64,000 nt of DNA from an uncultured Chloroflexia bacterium (GTDB lineage Bacteria; Chloroflexota; Limnocylindria; Limnocylindrales; CSP1-4). Location: positions 145,218 through 209,217 of the forward strand of contig CAVWIK010000004.1 in assembly GCA_963755115.1 (NCBI GenBank), written 5' to 3'. The notes beneath the pieces are model-generated. The model was given only the letters and a program-made list of their open reading frames with translations, did no database searches and was not told where the DNA came from. Positions 19,343 through 31,468 of the stretch are shown here, in pieces. Positions within the stretch are counted from its first letter, which is position 1; every line of letters starts with the position of its first letter. A program made the position numbers and the translations under genes.

Positions 19343-20740
19343 ATGCGCACGCTCATCGCCAACGGCACGATCGTCACCGCCGATGGCTCGTCCGTCGCCG
19401 ACGTCCTGATCGAGGGCGAGACGATCGCGGCGATCGGCGCCGACCTGGCGGGCGCGGGGATGACCGCCGACGACACGATCGACGCGACCGGCCGCTACGT
19501 GATCCCGGGCGGCATCGACGTCCACACCCACATGGAGCTGCCCTTCGGCGGCACGTTCGCCAAGGACACGTTCGAAACGGGTACCCGGGCCGCTGCCTTC
19601 GGCGGGACGACCTCGATCGTCGACTTCGCCGTGCAGTCGCGCGGGTCGTCGTTGCGGGCCGGCCTCGACACGTGGCACGCCAAGGCCGAGAGCAACGCCG
19701 TCGCCGACTACGGGTTCCACATGATCATGAGCGACGTCAACGACGACACGCTCGCCGAGATGGACGGCCTGGTCGCCGAGGGCGTGCCGGACTTCAAGCT
19801 GTTCACGGCCTACCCGGGCGTCTTCTACAGCGACGACGGGGCGATCTTCCGGGCGATGCAGCAGACCGCGAAGAACGGCGGCCTGATCATGATGCATGCC
19901 GAGAACGGGATGGCGATCGACGTCGTGGCGGCCCAGACGGTGGATGCCGGCACGACCGATCCGATCGGGCACGGGCTGGCGCGCAAGCCGATCTTCGAGG
20001 GTGAGGCCACCAACCGCGTCATCCGCCTCGCCGAGGCGGCCGGCGTCCCGGTCTACATCGTCCACCTGTCGGCGAAGGAGGCCCTCGCCGAGGTGCGCGC
20101 CGCACGAGACCGGGGCTCGAAGGCGTTCGCCGAGACCTGTCCGCAGTACCTGTTCCTGTCACTCGACGACCTCGGTGGCGGGTTCAACGGCGCCAAGTTC
20201 GTCTGCTCCCCTCCCCTGCGGCCGAAGGACCACTGGGAGGACCTGTGGGTCGGCCTCGTGAAGGACGACCTCCAGCTCGTGTCGACGGACCACTGCCCGT
20301 TCGACTTCCATGGCCAGAAGGAGCTGGGCGTCGGCGACTTCCGCAAGATCCCCAACGGGCTGCCCGGTGTCGAGGACCGGGTCGACCTGCTCCACGACGG
20401 CGGGGTCGTCGGCGGGATGATCACCCGGGAGCGCTGGGTCGAGATCATCTCGACCGCCCCGGCGAAGCTGTTCGGCATGTACCCGCAGAAGGGCGCGGTG
20501 GCGGTGGGCTCGGACGCGGACCTCGTCGTCTACGACCCGAACCGCCGCCACACGATCTCGGCGTCGACCCACCACATGGACGTCGACTACTCGTGCTACG
20601 AGGGCCGCGCGGTCCAGGGCGGCAGCGACATCGTGCTGAGCCGTGGCAGCGTCATCGTCCGCGATGGCACGTTCACCGGGCGCAAGGGCGCCGGCAAGTT
20701 CATCAAGCGCGCCCCAGCGGACTTCGCCCGGGCGAACTGA
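19343..20740 (+). CDS. hydA: Dihydropyrimidinase / D-hydantoinase
   Basis: PGGIDVHTHM, AAAFGGTTSIVDF, FKLFTAY, HAENG, STDHCPF, IPNGLPGVE; AGGAGG RBS. Confidence 0.95.
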   Translation: MRTLIANGTIVTADGSSVADVLIEGETIAAIGADLAGAGMTADDTIDATGRYVIPGGIDVHTHMELPFGGTFAKDTFETGTRAAAFGGTTSIVDFAVQSRGSSLRAGLDTWHAKAESNAVADYGFHMIMSDVNDDTLAEMDGLVAEGVPDFKLFTAYPGVFYSDDGAIFRAMQQTAKNGGLIMMHAENGMAIDVVAAQTVDAGTTDPIGHGLARKPIFEGEATNRVIRLAEAAGVPVYIVHLSAKEALAEVRAARDRGSKAFAETCPQYLFLSLDDLGGGFNGAKFVCSPPLRPKDHWEDLWVGLVKDDLQLVSTDHCPFDFHGQKELGVGDFRKIPNGLPGVEDRVDLLHDGGVVGGMITRERWVEIISTAPAKLFGMYPQKGAVAVGSDADLVVYDPNRRHTISASTHHMDVDYSCYEGRAVQGGSDIVLSRGSVIVRDGTFTGRKGAGKFIKRAPADFARAN

Positions 20741-20800
20741 ACCGCTCGACCCGTGATGGCGCCGGCCCAGGCACGTCCCGATCGTCGAACCGCCCACGGT

Positions 20801-20992
20801 TCCTGACAGATGCCAACCAGGTAAGCCTGCGACAGGCGAACGTCGCTTCCACACGGGATCCGTGCATCGTGATGCGGGTCGTTCGATCTTCTCGCGCACG
20901 ACCAGATCGGTCGGTGCATCGTCATGCACGTCCGATGCGATGGCCAGCCGCCGGAACCTGACGAATGCCAACGTCATCAGCATCTGGCAGGA
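20801..20992. repeat. About 190-bp element with imperfect terminal inverted repeats and an internal direct repeat (MITE/REP-like)
   Basis: TCCTGACAGATGC (20801-20813) and GCATCTGGCAGGA (20980-20992) are 12/13 complementary; CCTGACAGATGCCAAC (20802) and CCTGACGAATGCCAAC (20957) form a direct repeat. Confidence 0.4.
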
Positions 20993-21140
20993 TCCAGACG
21001 GCCGCGACGGACGGCCGAGCCACGCCGATCGACACCGGCCGAGTCCCTGACGCCCGCCAACGCCCGCCAACGCCGCGGCCTGAGAGCGGGGCGCGCCTGC
21101 GTGGGACGGCGCCGCGCCGCGCCGCCGCGGCCGTCGCTCC

Positions 21141-22331
21141 CTACCCGATGGTCGGCCGGCCCATCACGCGGCGGTAGCGCTCGTTGAAGTCGAACAGGAA
21201 CCGGTCCTGGCGCGGGTAGACGCCCGTCTTGAAGGCGCGTGACCCGACGCCGGTCTGGGCCCGCTCGCAGACCTCCCAGTCCTGCTTCGAGATCAGGTCC
21301 CACAGCTCCACGACCGGGTCCGGCTCGAACGTCGCCGAGGCGATGGTCTCGGGCCGGAACAGGTACTCCGAGATCACGGTCGTGTGCCCCGGCCCGTTCG
21401 GGAACAGCAGGTAGTACATCGCGCAGTCCGGATGGAGGTTGAGCAGCAGGTTCGGGAACTGGAACGTGCCGTAGTACATGTGGTGGTCGTCGGGCTCGAG
21501 GCCGGGCAGCGCCGGTAGCTCGGACCGGCCGGTCTGGGTGAAGCTCGTGGCCCCCTCGATCATCCAGTTGCCGTCGTCCTGCGTCTCCTCGTCCCACACC
21601 TCGCCGAACCGGTAGAGCGGCACGATCGAGACGAGCTCCGGGTGGATCGTCGGGCAGTGCAGGCACTCGTTGTAGTTCTCGACCACGATCTTCCAGTTGG
21701 CCGCCACCTCGTAGCGCAGCCGGACGCCGATCCGCAGCTCGTCCATCCGGTAGCGGTCGAAGTTCGTGATGCTCTCGGTGCCCTCGCGCAGGGCGGGCAC
21801 GAGCGGATCCGGCGCGTCCGAGAGATTGACGAACACGAACCCGGCATACGAGCCCACCGCGATCCCGTGCAGCGGGTACGCCTCGCGGTCGAACTGCTCG
21901 TCCTCGTGGACGTTGGGCGTCCCGATCAGCTGCCCGTCGAGACCGTACGACCAGGCGTGATACGGGCACTTGAACGCCTTGTTGACGTGCCCGCAGGTCT
22001 CGCCGGTCTCGTCGAGCAGCTTCGTCCCGCGGTGCGCACAGACGTTGTAGAACGCCCGCGGCGACCCGTCGTGGTCGCGCGTGACGATGACGGACTCTCC
22101 CGCCAGCTCACGCACGAGGAAGTCGCCCGGGTTCGGGAACTCCTCGTCCCGGCCGATGCAGATCCAGCCGCCGAACCAGACCTGTTCGCGCTCCTCGGCG
22201 TAGACGGTCTCGCTCGTGTAGTCCGTCCCATGGAGCGTCGGCCGCGGCGTCCAGTCACGGCTGCGCAGGTGGTCGCGGCGGGCATTGCGGTCGGCGGGGG
22301 CGTCGCTCGTCCGGGGTGTCGTCTGCGTCAT
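21141..22331 (-). CDS. Rieske non-heme iron oxygenase alpha subunit (GbcA/choline monooxygenase/stachydrine demethylase-like)
   Basis: Rieske CAHRG...CPYHAW; mononuclear Fe site NWKIVVENYNECLHCPTIHP; QDWEVCERAQ. Confidence 0.9.
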   Translation of the reverse strand: MTQTTPRTSDAPADRNARRDHLRSRDWTPRPTLHGTDYTSETVYAEEREQVWFGGWICIGRDEEFPNPGDFLVRELAGESVIVTRDHDGSPRAFYNVCAHRGTKLLDETGETCGHVNKAFKCPYHAWSYGLDGQLIGTPNVHEDEQFDREAYPLHGIAVGSYAGFVFVNLSDAPDPLVPALREGTESITNFDRYRMDELRIGVRLRYEVAANWKIVVENYNECLHCPTIHPELVSIVPLYRFGEVWDEETQDDGNWMIEGATSFTQTGRSELPALPGLEPDDHHMYYGTFQFPNLLLNLHPDCAMYYLLFPNGPGHTTVISEYLFRPETIASATFEPDPVVELWDLISKQDWEVCERAQTGVGSRAFKTGVYPRQDRFLFDFNERYRRVMGRPTIG

Positions 22332-22339
22332 CGATCGCC

Positions 22340-23881
<1,542 letters not shown>

Positions 23882-24009
23882 GTCGAAGACCTCTCGTGAT
23901 GCGGTCGCCGAACGTGCGGCGACCGTCTGCATGCGAGCCTCCACGATACTCCCTCGCCATCGCGGACCGGCCCGGTGTCCCGCCCTCAGGACCAGCCGAG
24001 GTCCCGTCC

Positions 24010-24900
24010 TCAGGAGCCCGGGCGCTCCTCCGGCTCCGGCCAGGTGGGCGCCGTCGCGGTGGGCGTAGCGGTCGCGGTCGTGGGGCGCCCCGGCTCCGCG
24101 GCGGCGCCGCGTCGTCGTGCCGTCATCACCGCCGCAACGACGAGACAACCCGCCGCGATGCCGATCGCGATCAGCGTCCCCATGTTCATCCCCCCGATCA
24201 CGGCCGGGTCGCGCCAGGTGAGCGAGACCACGGCCCGCCCGGCGGCCCACGCCGCGAGGCCGGCCAGCAGCGCCCGGCCGTCGCGCGATCGGAACGCACC
24301 GAACGACAGTGCCAGCCCGAGCACGAGGCCGATGACGAGCGTCACCGCCCCCTCGAGGATCTGCGACGGGACCGACGGCAACGCCGGCGCGAGCGAGCCC
24401 CACGGGCCGGGTCCGAGGTAGGCGGTCGCCCAGGCCGCCGAGCTCGGCTGGCCCTGACCGGCCCCGGCGAGGACCATCGCGAGCTTGCCCGCCCCGAGGA
24501 CGAAGAGGACCGGCATGACCGCGAGATGCATCCAGCGCCCGACCGGCGCCCCCAGCAGGCGCGCGACGTACGCGCCCGTGAGCGTGCCGCCCACCACCGC
24601 GAGGCCGAGCTCCAGGCCGCCTGTGGCCGGATCCGCGATCTCGATGACGCGCGAGCCGTAGTAGTCGAGATGCAGCAGCGCGTAGCCGAGGCGGCCGCCG
24701 ACCACCGCGCCCGGCACGATGCCCACGACGATGAAGAGCAGGTCGTCGCGCCGCAGCTCGACGCGCCTCGCCATGACACCGGCGGAGATGAGGGCGGCCG
24801 CGATGACGACCGCGAGCGCGACGGTCTGCCAGCGCACGACGAGCCCTCCGGCCAGGTGCAGCAGCGGGTCGAAGTCGAACGCGATCACGGCGGTCGGCAC
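24010..24900 (-). CDS. Divergent prolipoprotein diacylglyceryl transferase (Lgt)-family membrane protein
   Basis: FDFDP..., GAVVGGRLGYALL and PSQILEG match Lgt architecture; the central signature is degenerate. Confidence 0.7.
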   Translation of the reverse strand: MPTAVIAFDFDPLLHLAGGLVVRWQTVALAVVIAAALISAGVMARRVELRRDDLLFIVVGIVPGAVVGGRLGYALLHLDYYGSRVIEIADPATGGLELGLAVVGGTLTGAYVARLLGAPVGRWMHLAVMPVLFVLGAGKLAMVLAGAGQGQPSSAAWATAYLGPGPWGSLAPALPSVPSQILEGAVTLVIGLVLGLALSFGAFRSRDGRALLAGLAAWAAGRAVVSLTWRDPAVIGGMNMGTLIAIGIAAGCLVVAAVMTARRRGAAAEPGRPTTATATPTATAPTWPEPEERPGS

Positions 24901-25144
24901 GGTGCCGGTCAGTGTATCGAAGGCCCGGGTGTCGGCCAGCCGACATCGCCACTGTCGCCCACGGGGTCGAAGCCCCGTCGCCCCGCGGACATCATCCCAC
25001 CCAAGACGGTGGCGGTGCGGGGGCGCCTCCACCAGTCGGGGCGGTGTGGAACGACGAGCCTTGGGGGGCTCGTCGTTCCCGATCCCGGCGCCCGGCCCAG
25101 GGGGGGACGGGCCGGGCGCCGGGGCTCAAGGGGGGCAGAGGGGC

Positions 25145-25966
25145 ATGTCGGAACTCGGAGCCATCCCGACCGGTCGCGCGATCCTGTCCGTGGACCTTCT
25201 TGGGAGGCTGGAAGTGCGCACGCCGCATGGCGCGCCCGTCCATCTCGGAGGCCGGCACGCTCCGGCCCTGTTCGCCCTCCTGACCCTTGCCCGACGACCC
25301 CGCTCACGCGAGGCCATCGCCGCCGACCTGTGGCCCGAGGCCGACGTCACGTCGGCCGGTTCCCTGCGACAGGCACTTTGGACCGTCCGGCACGGCCTCG
25401 CCCAGGCCGGGCTCGATCCCGACGCCGTCCTCGACATCCGCCCCGAATCGATCGGCATCTGCCCATCGGCGCGGCTCGAGATCGATGCGGTGGCCTTCGA
25501 GCGCTGCCTCGACGACGAGGATGGCTGCGGCGCCGAGCGGGCCATCGAGCTGTACCGGGGCGATCTCGTCGAGGCGCTCGGGCACGAGTGCTTTGCGGCC
25601 GAGCGGGAACGGCTGGCCGATCGCTTCGAGGACGCCCTCGTCGTGGTGGCGCAGCGACGGCTCACGAGCGGCGACGCGGCCGGCGCGCGGCGCGCGGCGG
25701 AGGAGGTCCTCGCGCGCGACCCGCTGCGCGAGGAGGCGCACGCGATCCTCATCGTCGTCCACGGGCTGACCGGGTCCCGGTCGCAGGTGGTCCGGCAGTA
25801 TCGCCGGCTCCAGGCCCTCCTCGCGCGCGAGCTCGGCGAGCCCCCGCTCCCGGAGACCGATGCCGCCTACCGGCTGGCCATGCGGCACGTCGTCCGGCGC
25901 TCGATGGAGCAGGTCATGCTGACGGAGCCGGAAGGCCGCCCGACCCTCGTCGCCATCGGGTCCTGA
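25145..25966 (+). CDS. Stand-alone SARP/BTAD-domain transcriptional regulator
   Basis: LLGRLEV, REAIAADLWPE, SLRQALW, AIELYRGD, DPLREEAH, ELGEPPLPET. Confidence 0.85.
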   Translation: MSELGAIPTGRAILSVDLLGRLEVRTPHGAPVHLGGRHAPALFALLTLARRPRSREAIAADLWPEADVTSAGSLRQALWTVRHGLAQAGLDPDAVLDIRPESIGICPSARLEIDAVAFERCLDDEDGCGAERAIELYRGDLVEALGHECFAAERERLADRFEDALVVVAQRRLTSGDAAGARRAAEEVLARDPLREEAHAILIVVHGLTGSRSQVVRQYRRLQALLARELGEPPLPETDAAYRLAMRHVVRRSMEQVMLTEPEGRPTLVAIGS

Positions 25967-26000
25967 GGGGCTCCCGGGCGATCCGGTTTACGATGCGGGC

Positions 26001-26453
26001 ATGCTCGTCCGTGCCGCGTCGCTGCGCCTCGTCGCCACCGCCGTCGTCGGCCTCGCCGTGGTCGCCTGTTCCACGCAGGGCGGGGCCGGTGCCAGCGGCG
26101 CGCCGTCCGTGTCGACCCGCCCGTTTCCGTCGACGTCGTTCCCGGCCACGGTCCCGCCGAGCGGGTCGCCCGTGACGGGCGAGGTCCCCGACGCCGTGAT
26201 GACGGCCGTCCTGGCCGACCTGTCCGCCCGGACCGGGACCGACGCCTCGGCCGCCACCGTGGTCACGGCCGAGGCGGTCGACTGGCCCGATGGCTCGCTC
26301 GGCTGCCCGAAGATGGGCGTGATGTACATCCAGCAGGTCATGCCCGGCTACCACGTCGTGCTGTCCCTCGACGGCACGACCTACGACTACCGGGTCGCGG
26401 GCGAAGGCACGACGATCCGGCTCTGCGAGGGACTCAAGCCCGCCGGCGGCTGA
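26001..26453 (+). CDS. Conserved hypothetical lipoprotein
   Basis: Lipobox VVAC; WPDGSLGCP...MYIQQVMPGY motif and a second Cys; TACGAT 6 nt upstream of the ATG. Confidence 0.75.
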   Translation: MLVRAASLRLVATAVVGLAVVACSTQGGAGASGAPSVSTRPFPSTSFPATVPPSGSPVTGEVPDAVMTAVLADLSARTGTDASAATVVTAEAVDWPDGSLGCPKMGVMYIQQVMPGYHVVLSLDGTTYDYRVAGEGTTIRLCEGLKPAGG

Positions 26454-26469
26454 GCCTCGCGGACGAGCA

Positions 26470-26497
26470 ACGAGCCGAGGCGTCAGCCTCGGCTCGT
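26470..26497. terminator. 12-bp perfect hairpin between convergent genes (possible bidirectional terminator)
   Basis: ACGAGCCGAGGC-GTCA-GCCTCGGCTCGT. Confidence 0.7.
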
Positions 26498-26550
26498 CGT
26501 GTGTCCAGGTCGGGGCGCCCGGTGGCGCCCCGTTCAGGGGGTGATCGTGG

Positions 26551-29500
26551 TCAGGGGCTGACCCGGACGCGGATCGCGTCGTCTCCGACCGGGGCGCCGC
26601 CGTGGAAGTCGCCGCCGGAACCGCTCCGGAAGGCGTTGTTCACGAGGAGCAGCCCGATCTCGCTCGGGTTGGTGCCGATCGCCCCGAAGTCGACGACCTT
26701 GACGGTCGACGAGCCGTTGGCCGGGACGTTGCCGCTGACGGTGCCGTCGCCGTCGAAGATGCCGAGGTAGCGCTCGCCGAGCGGTGCCACCGTGATGCCT
26801 TCGATGGTATCGGTCAGGTTGCCGGTGAAGTAGTTGTCGAACGCGCCGACCGAGACGTCCATGAGGTCGCCGAAGTTGTTCGCGTCCAGCCCGATCTGCT
26901 CGCCGCAGATGGTGAGCAGGGTGTTGGAGTCGTTGGTGCCGTTGTCGGCGTAGAAGAACGCCTGCGGCTCCGCATCGGGATCGTTGAGGTCCAGCGAGAA
27001 CGTCAGCTCCGAGATGTCTGCGGTGCCGTTGGCCGCCGCGTTGAACACCACGAAGTCCGGATCGCCGTCGCGGTTCGTGTCGAAGAACACGTCGTACTCG
27101 CCCGGCACCGCACCGATCGTGCTGTGCCGTTCCCAGGTGCTGACGGCGATGACGTAGACGAACGACGCCTCACCGGAATCGGAGCAGAAATCGGGCGGGA
27201 CCGGGAAGGTCTGCACGCCGACGGACTTGAGGTCGATGATCGGCGTGTTCGTGCCACGGCGCGCCGTGGGCAGGTTCGGGCTCGTCCCGACCAGCGAGTA
27301 CGTGTCCACCGCGCCGACGCCGAAGCCGGAGTTGTGCAGGTGGAGCGTCCCGGCCGGGAGCCCGGTGAAGACGCCGCCGTCGAAGTCGCCGCCGCTGACG
27401 GTCCCGTCGATCGGCACCGGCCGCGGCGTCGCGGAGATCTTCGCGGACTTGCGGGGCAGGACCTGCCACGCAAGGTGGAGCTTCTTGTTGTTGTCGGACG
27501 AGGTCGAGGTGTCGTTGAGCCAGATGTAGCCGTCGTACTCCTGGGTGTCGAGCGCGTCCGCGTTGAGGGCGTTCGGCCCGGAGTCCAGCTTCCAGGTCCG
27601 CAGCTTCGACTCCTTGATCGTCATCGTCACCTTGAACGAGCCGGTCTGGCCCGAATGCAGCGTGATGTGCCCTGGGGTCGAGATCTTGACCGCGCCGTTG
27701 GCGCTGTCGTTGGCGTAGCGGAACGTGGAGCTGATCGCCCACGTCCGGGTCGAGCTGCTGAAGTTGTGGACCTCGACGGTCTTGGTGATCGTCGTGGTCT
27801 TGGCGGTCACGTCCCGCAGCTCGAAGGAGAGCAGGCCGAGCTTGGTCGACTTGTCCCACGCGGCGGCCTTGGCCTTGAGCGCGCGGTCGACGCGGACCTC
27901 ACCGCCACCGATCCGTGTGATCGGCGCGAGATAGCCCGGGTTGGTGGCCGCGTCGTTGTAGATCTTGGTCTCGCCGTTGTTGACGAGCATGGCCTTGAGC
28001 ACGTCGATCGACCGGTGCGGGAAGGCCTGCCGGAGCAGGGCCGCCGAGCCGGTGATCATCGGCGTGGCGCCCGACGTGCCGCCGAAGCCTTCCATCCCGG
28101 TGCCCGAGCCGGCGATCGCCGACACGGAGGCGCCCGGTGCGCCGATCTCGGGCTTGATGGCGTTGTCCGGCGAGGACGGGCCCCGCGCGGACGACTTCAC
28201 CATGCTGCCCACGAGCGGGATCGTGACCGCGTTCGAGACGCTGACATGGACGGTCACCGCATTGCCGAGCTCGGTCTTGATCGCCTCGCTCAGTTCCTGG
28301 GTGATGATCAGCGTCTGGACGAAGGTGTCGCCACCGCCGTTCGAGAAGCTGATGGGGTCGCCGGGGGCGACGAGGCCGATCAGCACCGCGGTGGCGCCGG
28401 CCTTGGCCGCGCGGTCCACCTTGAGGCTGACCGAGCAGGCGCCCCGGTCGATCAGGGCGATCTTGCCCGAGGGGTTCGCGAGGTAGTCGTCCTCTTCGTC
28501 CTGCCCGTCGACCGAGCCGGCCGGGCAGCCGCGACCGACGTACGTGACGTCGCCGCTGAAGCCGTCGGTGATCGGCGCCCAGGTCACGGTCTCGGTGTTC
28601 GGGTAGACCCCGGCGATCGAGTCCGGGGCGTCGACGACCAGCGGGCGCGCGAGCGCGCTCGGGACCTGGGTCTGCGCCACGGACAGCGCGCTCTTGGCGT
28701 TGGCCGGGGTGCCCGCGATGTACGGCGCGTTGCCGCCGTTGCCGGCTGCGGCGACGGTCAGCATGCCGAGCTTCGAGGCCGAGTCGATGGCGAGCGACAG
28801 GTCGTCGTCGAAGGACTCGCCGTAGTCGCTGCCGAGCGACATGTTGACGACGTCGAGATGGTCGCTGGTGCTGCCGTCGCCGTTGGGGTCGATCGCCCAG
28901 TCCATGGCGCGGATGAGCCCGACGCCGGAGCAGGCGGTATCGACCGAGGAGCAGACCTTCAGGGCGTAGAGCGAGACCTTCGGGGCGACGCCGTGCGTGC
29001 CGCCGACGATGTCGGCGACGTGGGTGCCGTGGCCCTCGAAGTCGATCGGATCCGGATCCGGATCCTCGATCTCGTCATCGAGCGGCCAGCTCTCACCGAC
29101 GAAGTCGAACCCGCCCTTGACGCGGGAAGTCGGGAAGAGGCCGTCGAGCGTCGTGTTGCGCGAATCGTCGGTCGAGGTGCCGTAGGCGGCCTCATAGGCC
29201 GCAGCGGTACCGGCGCCGCCGAACTCGACGTGGGTGTAGTCGATGCCGCTGTCGATGATCCCGACGCGGACGCCGTTGCCCTTGAAGCCGGCGGCCTGGA
29301 CCGCGGTGGCGCCGATGTACGGCACCGTCTCCGAGAGGGCCTTCGTGTAGTTGACGACCGGGACGATCGAGACGACGTTCGGGTTCTTCGCCAGCGTGGC
29401 GATCTTCGATGCGTCGATCTGGAGCGCCACGATGTTCGTCGCGCGCTGGGTCTGGCCGAGGAAGATGGCCTTGCGGTCGAGGCGCTTGACCGACGCCATG

Positions 29501-29814
29501 AACGACTTCTGCTGGGCCTTGATCCGGCGGACCTGGGCGACCTGGGCCGAGGCGCCGCGGGCGGCCAGATCGACGGCCGGCGTCGCATCCAGTCGGACGA
29601 GCACCTTCTGGCGGCCGCCCGCCGACACCAGGTCCTTATGGACCTTGGACTTCAGGTCCGGCTGGGTGACGGTCTTGTCGAGCTTCATCGACCGGACGGA
29701 GTCCGGGAGTGGCCGCGTCGCGGTGCTGGGGCTGCGCCCCAGGACGACGCCGGGCAACAACGCGGTCAGGAGCATGGCGGTGGCCGCTATGGCGGCGACG
29801 ATCCGGCGATTCAT
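26551..29814 (-). CDS. Secreted S8 subtilisin-like serine protease (Vpr-like) with PA domain and C-terminal beta domains
   Basis: Signal peptide; triad IIDSG, HGTHVA, GTSGATP; oxyanion AAGNG; PA insert IALIDRGAC; GGGGAGG RBS. Confidence 0.93.
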   Translation of the reverse strand: MNRRIVAAIAATAMLLTALLPGVVLGRSPSTATRPLPDSVRSMKLDKTVTQPDLKSKVHKDLVSAGGRQKVLVRLDATPAVDLAARGASAQVAQVRRIKAQQKSFMASVKRLDRKAIFLGQTQRATNIVALQIDASKIATLAKNPNVVSIVPVVNYTKALSETVPYIGATAVQAAGFKGNGVRVGIIDSGIDYTHVEFGGAGTAAAYEAAYGTSTDDSRNTTLDGLFPTSRVKGGFDFVGESWPLDDEIEDPDPDPIDFEGHGTHVADIVGGTHGVAPKVSLYALKVCSSVDTACSGVGLIRAMDWAIDPNGDGSTSDHLDVVNMSLGSDYGESFDDDLSLAIDSASKLGMLTVAAAGNGGNAPYIAGTPANAKSALSVAQTQVPSALARPLVVDAPDSIAGVYPNTETVTWAPITDGFSGDVTYVGRGCPAGSVDGQDEEDDYLANPSGKIALIDRGACSVSLKVDRAAKAGATAVLIGLVAPGDPISFSNGGGDTFVQTLIITQELSEAIKTELGNAVTVHVSVSNAVTIPLVGSMVKSSARGPSSPDNAIKPEIGAPGASVSAIAGSGTGMEGFGGTSGATPMITGSAALLRQAFPHRSIDVLKAMLVNNGETKIYNDAATNPGYLAPITRIGGGEVRVDRALKAKAAAWDKSTKLGLLSFELRDVTAKTTTITKTVEVHNFSSSTRTWAISSTFRYANDSANGAVKISTPGHITLHSGQTGSFKVTMTIKESKLRTWKLDSGPNALNADALDTQEYDGYIWLNDTSTSSDNNKKLHLAWQVLPRKSAKISATPRPVPIDGTVSGGDFDGGVFTGLPAGTLHLHNSGFGVGAVDTYSLVGTSPNLPTARRGTNTPIIDLKSVGVQTFPVPPDFCSDSGEASFVYVIAVSTWERHSTIGAVPGEYDVFFDTNRDGDPDFVVFNAAANGTADISELTFSLDLNDPDAEPQAFFYADNGTNDSNTLLTICGEQIGLDANNFGDLMDVSVGAFDNYFTGNLTDTIEGITVAPLGERYLGIFDGDGTVSGNVPANGSSTVKVVDFGAIGTNPSEIGLLLVNNAFRSGSGGDFHGGAPVGDDAIRVRVSP

Positions 29815-29968
29815 GGACCTCCCCTTGGCGATGCGTTCTCCACATCAGGCAGCGCAGGCACGAGGACACGACGACGAGGCTCAGTGGCGTCTCGGAGCGT
29901 CGTTGGGGCTGTGCGAGCGGGCCGCTCATCGTCCTGGCCGGACCTCCCGAGCCGACCGGTGCCGCGTC

Positions 29969-29997
29969 AAGTTACTCCCGTCGGGACGCAGGGTCAA
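29969..29997 (-). promoter_or_regulatory. sigma70-type promoter for the S8 protease
   Basis: Minus strand TTGACC-N17-TAACTT, implying a leader of about 150 nt. Confidence 0.55.
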
Positions 29998-30012
29998 CGC
30001 GCACGATTCGAC

Positions 30013-30032
30013 CCGGTGCCGGACGGCACCGG
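30013..30032. terminator. Hairpin downstream of mdh
   Basis: CCGGTGCC-GGAC-GGCACCGG a few nt past the mdh stop. Confidence 0.5.
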
Positions 30033-30036
30033 AAGA

Positions 30037-31315
<1,279 letters not shown>

Positions 31316-31319
<4 letters not shown>

Positions 31320-31468
31320 TCGAGGCGATCGCCACCGTTCTCGTCGTGGCATTCGTGCCGGCGGCGATGCTGCTCGGCCTCCTGCTGTCGGCCGGCCTGT
31401 TCGTCGCGGCGATGGCCGAGGCGGCCGGCGACGGCCGGGTCAGCCCGCGCCTGGATCCGGGGCACTAG
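31316..31468 (+). CDS. Small hydrophobic protein (50 aa)
   Basis: MIEAIATVLVVAFVPAAMLLGLLLSAGLFVAAMAEAAGDGRVSPRLDPGH; GAGGGGG RBS; ATGA coupling. Confidence 0.55.
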
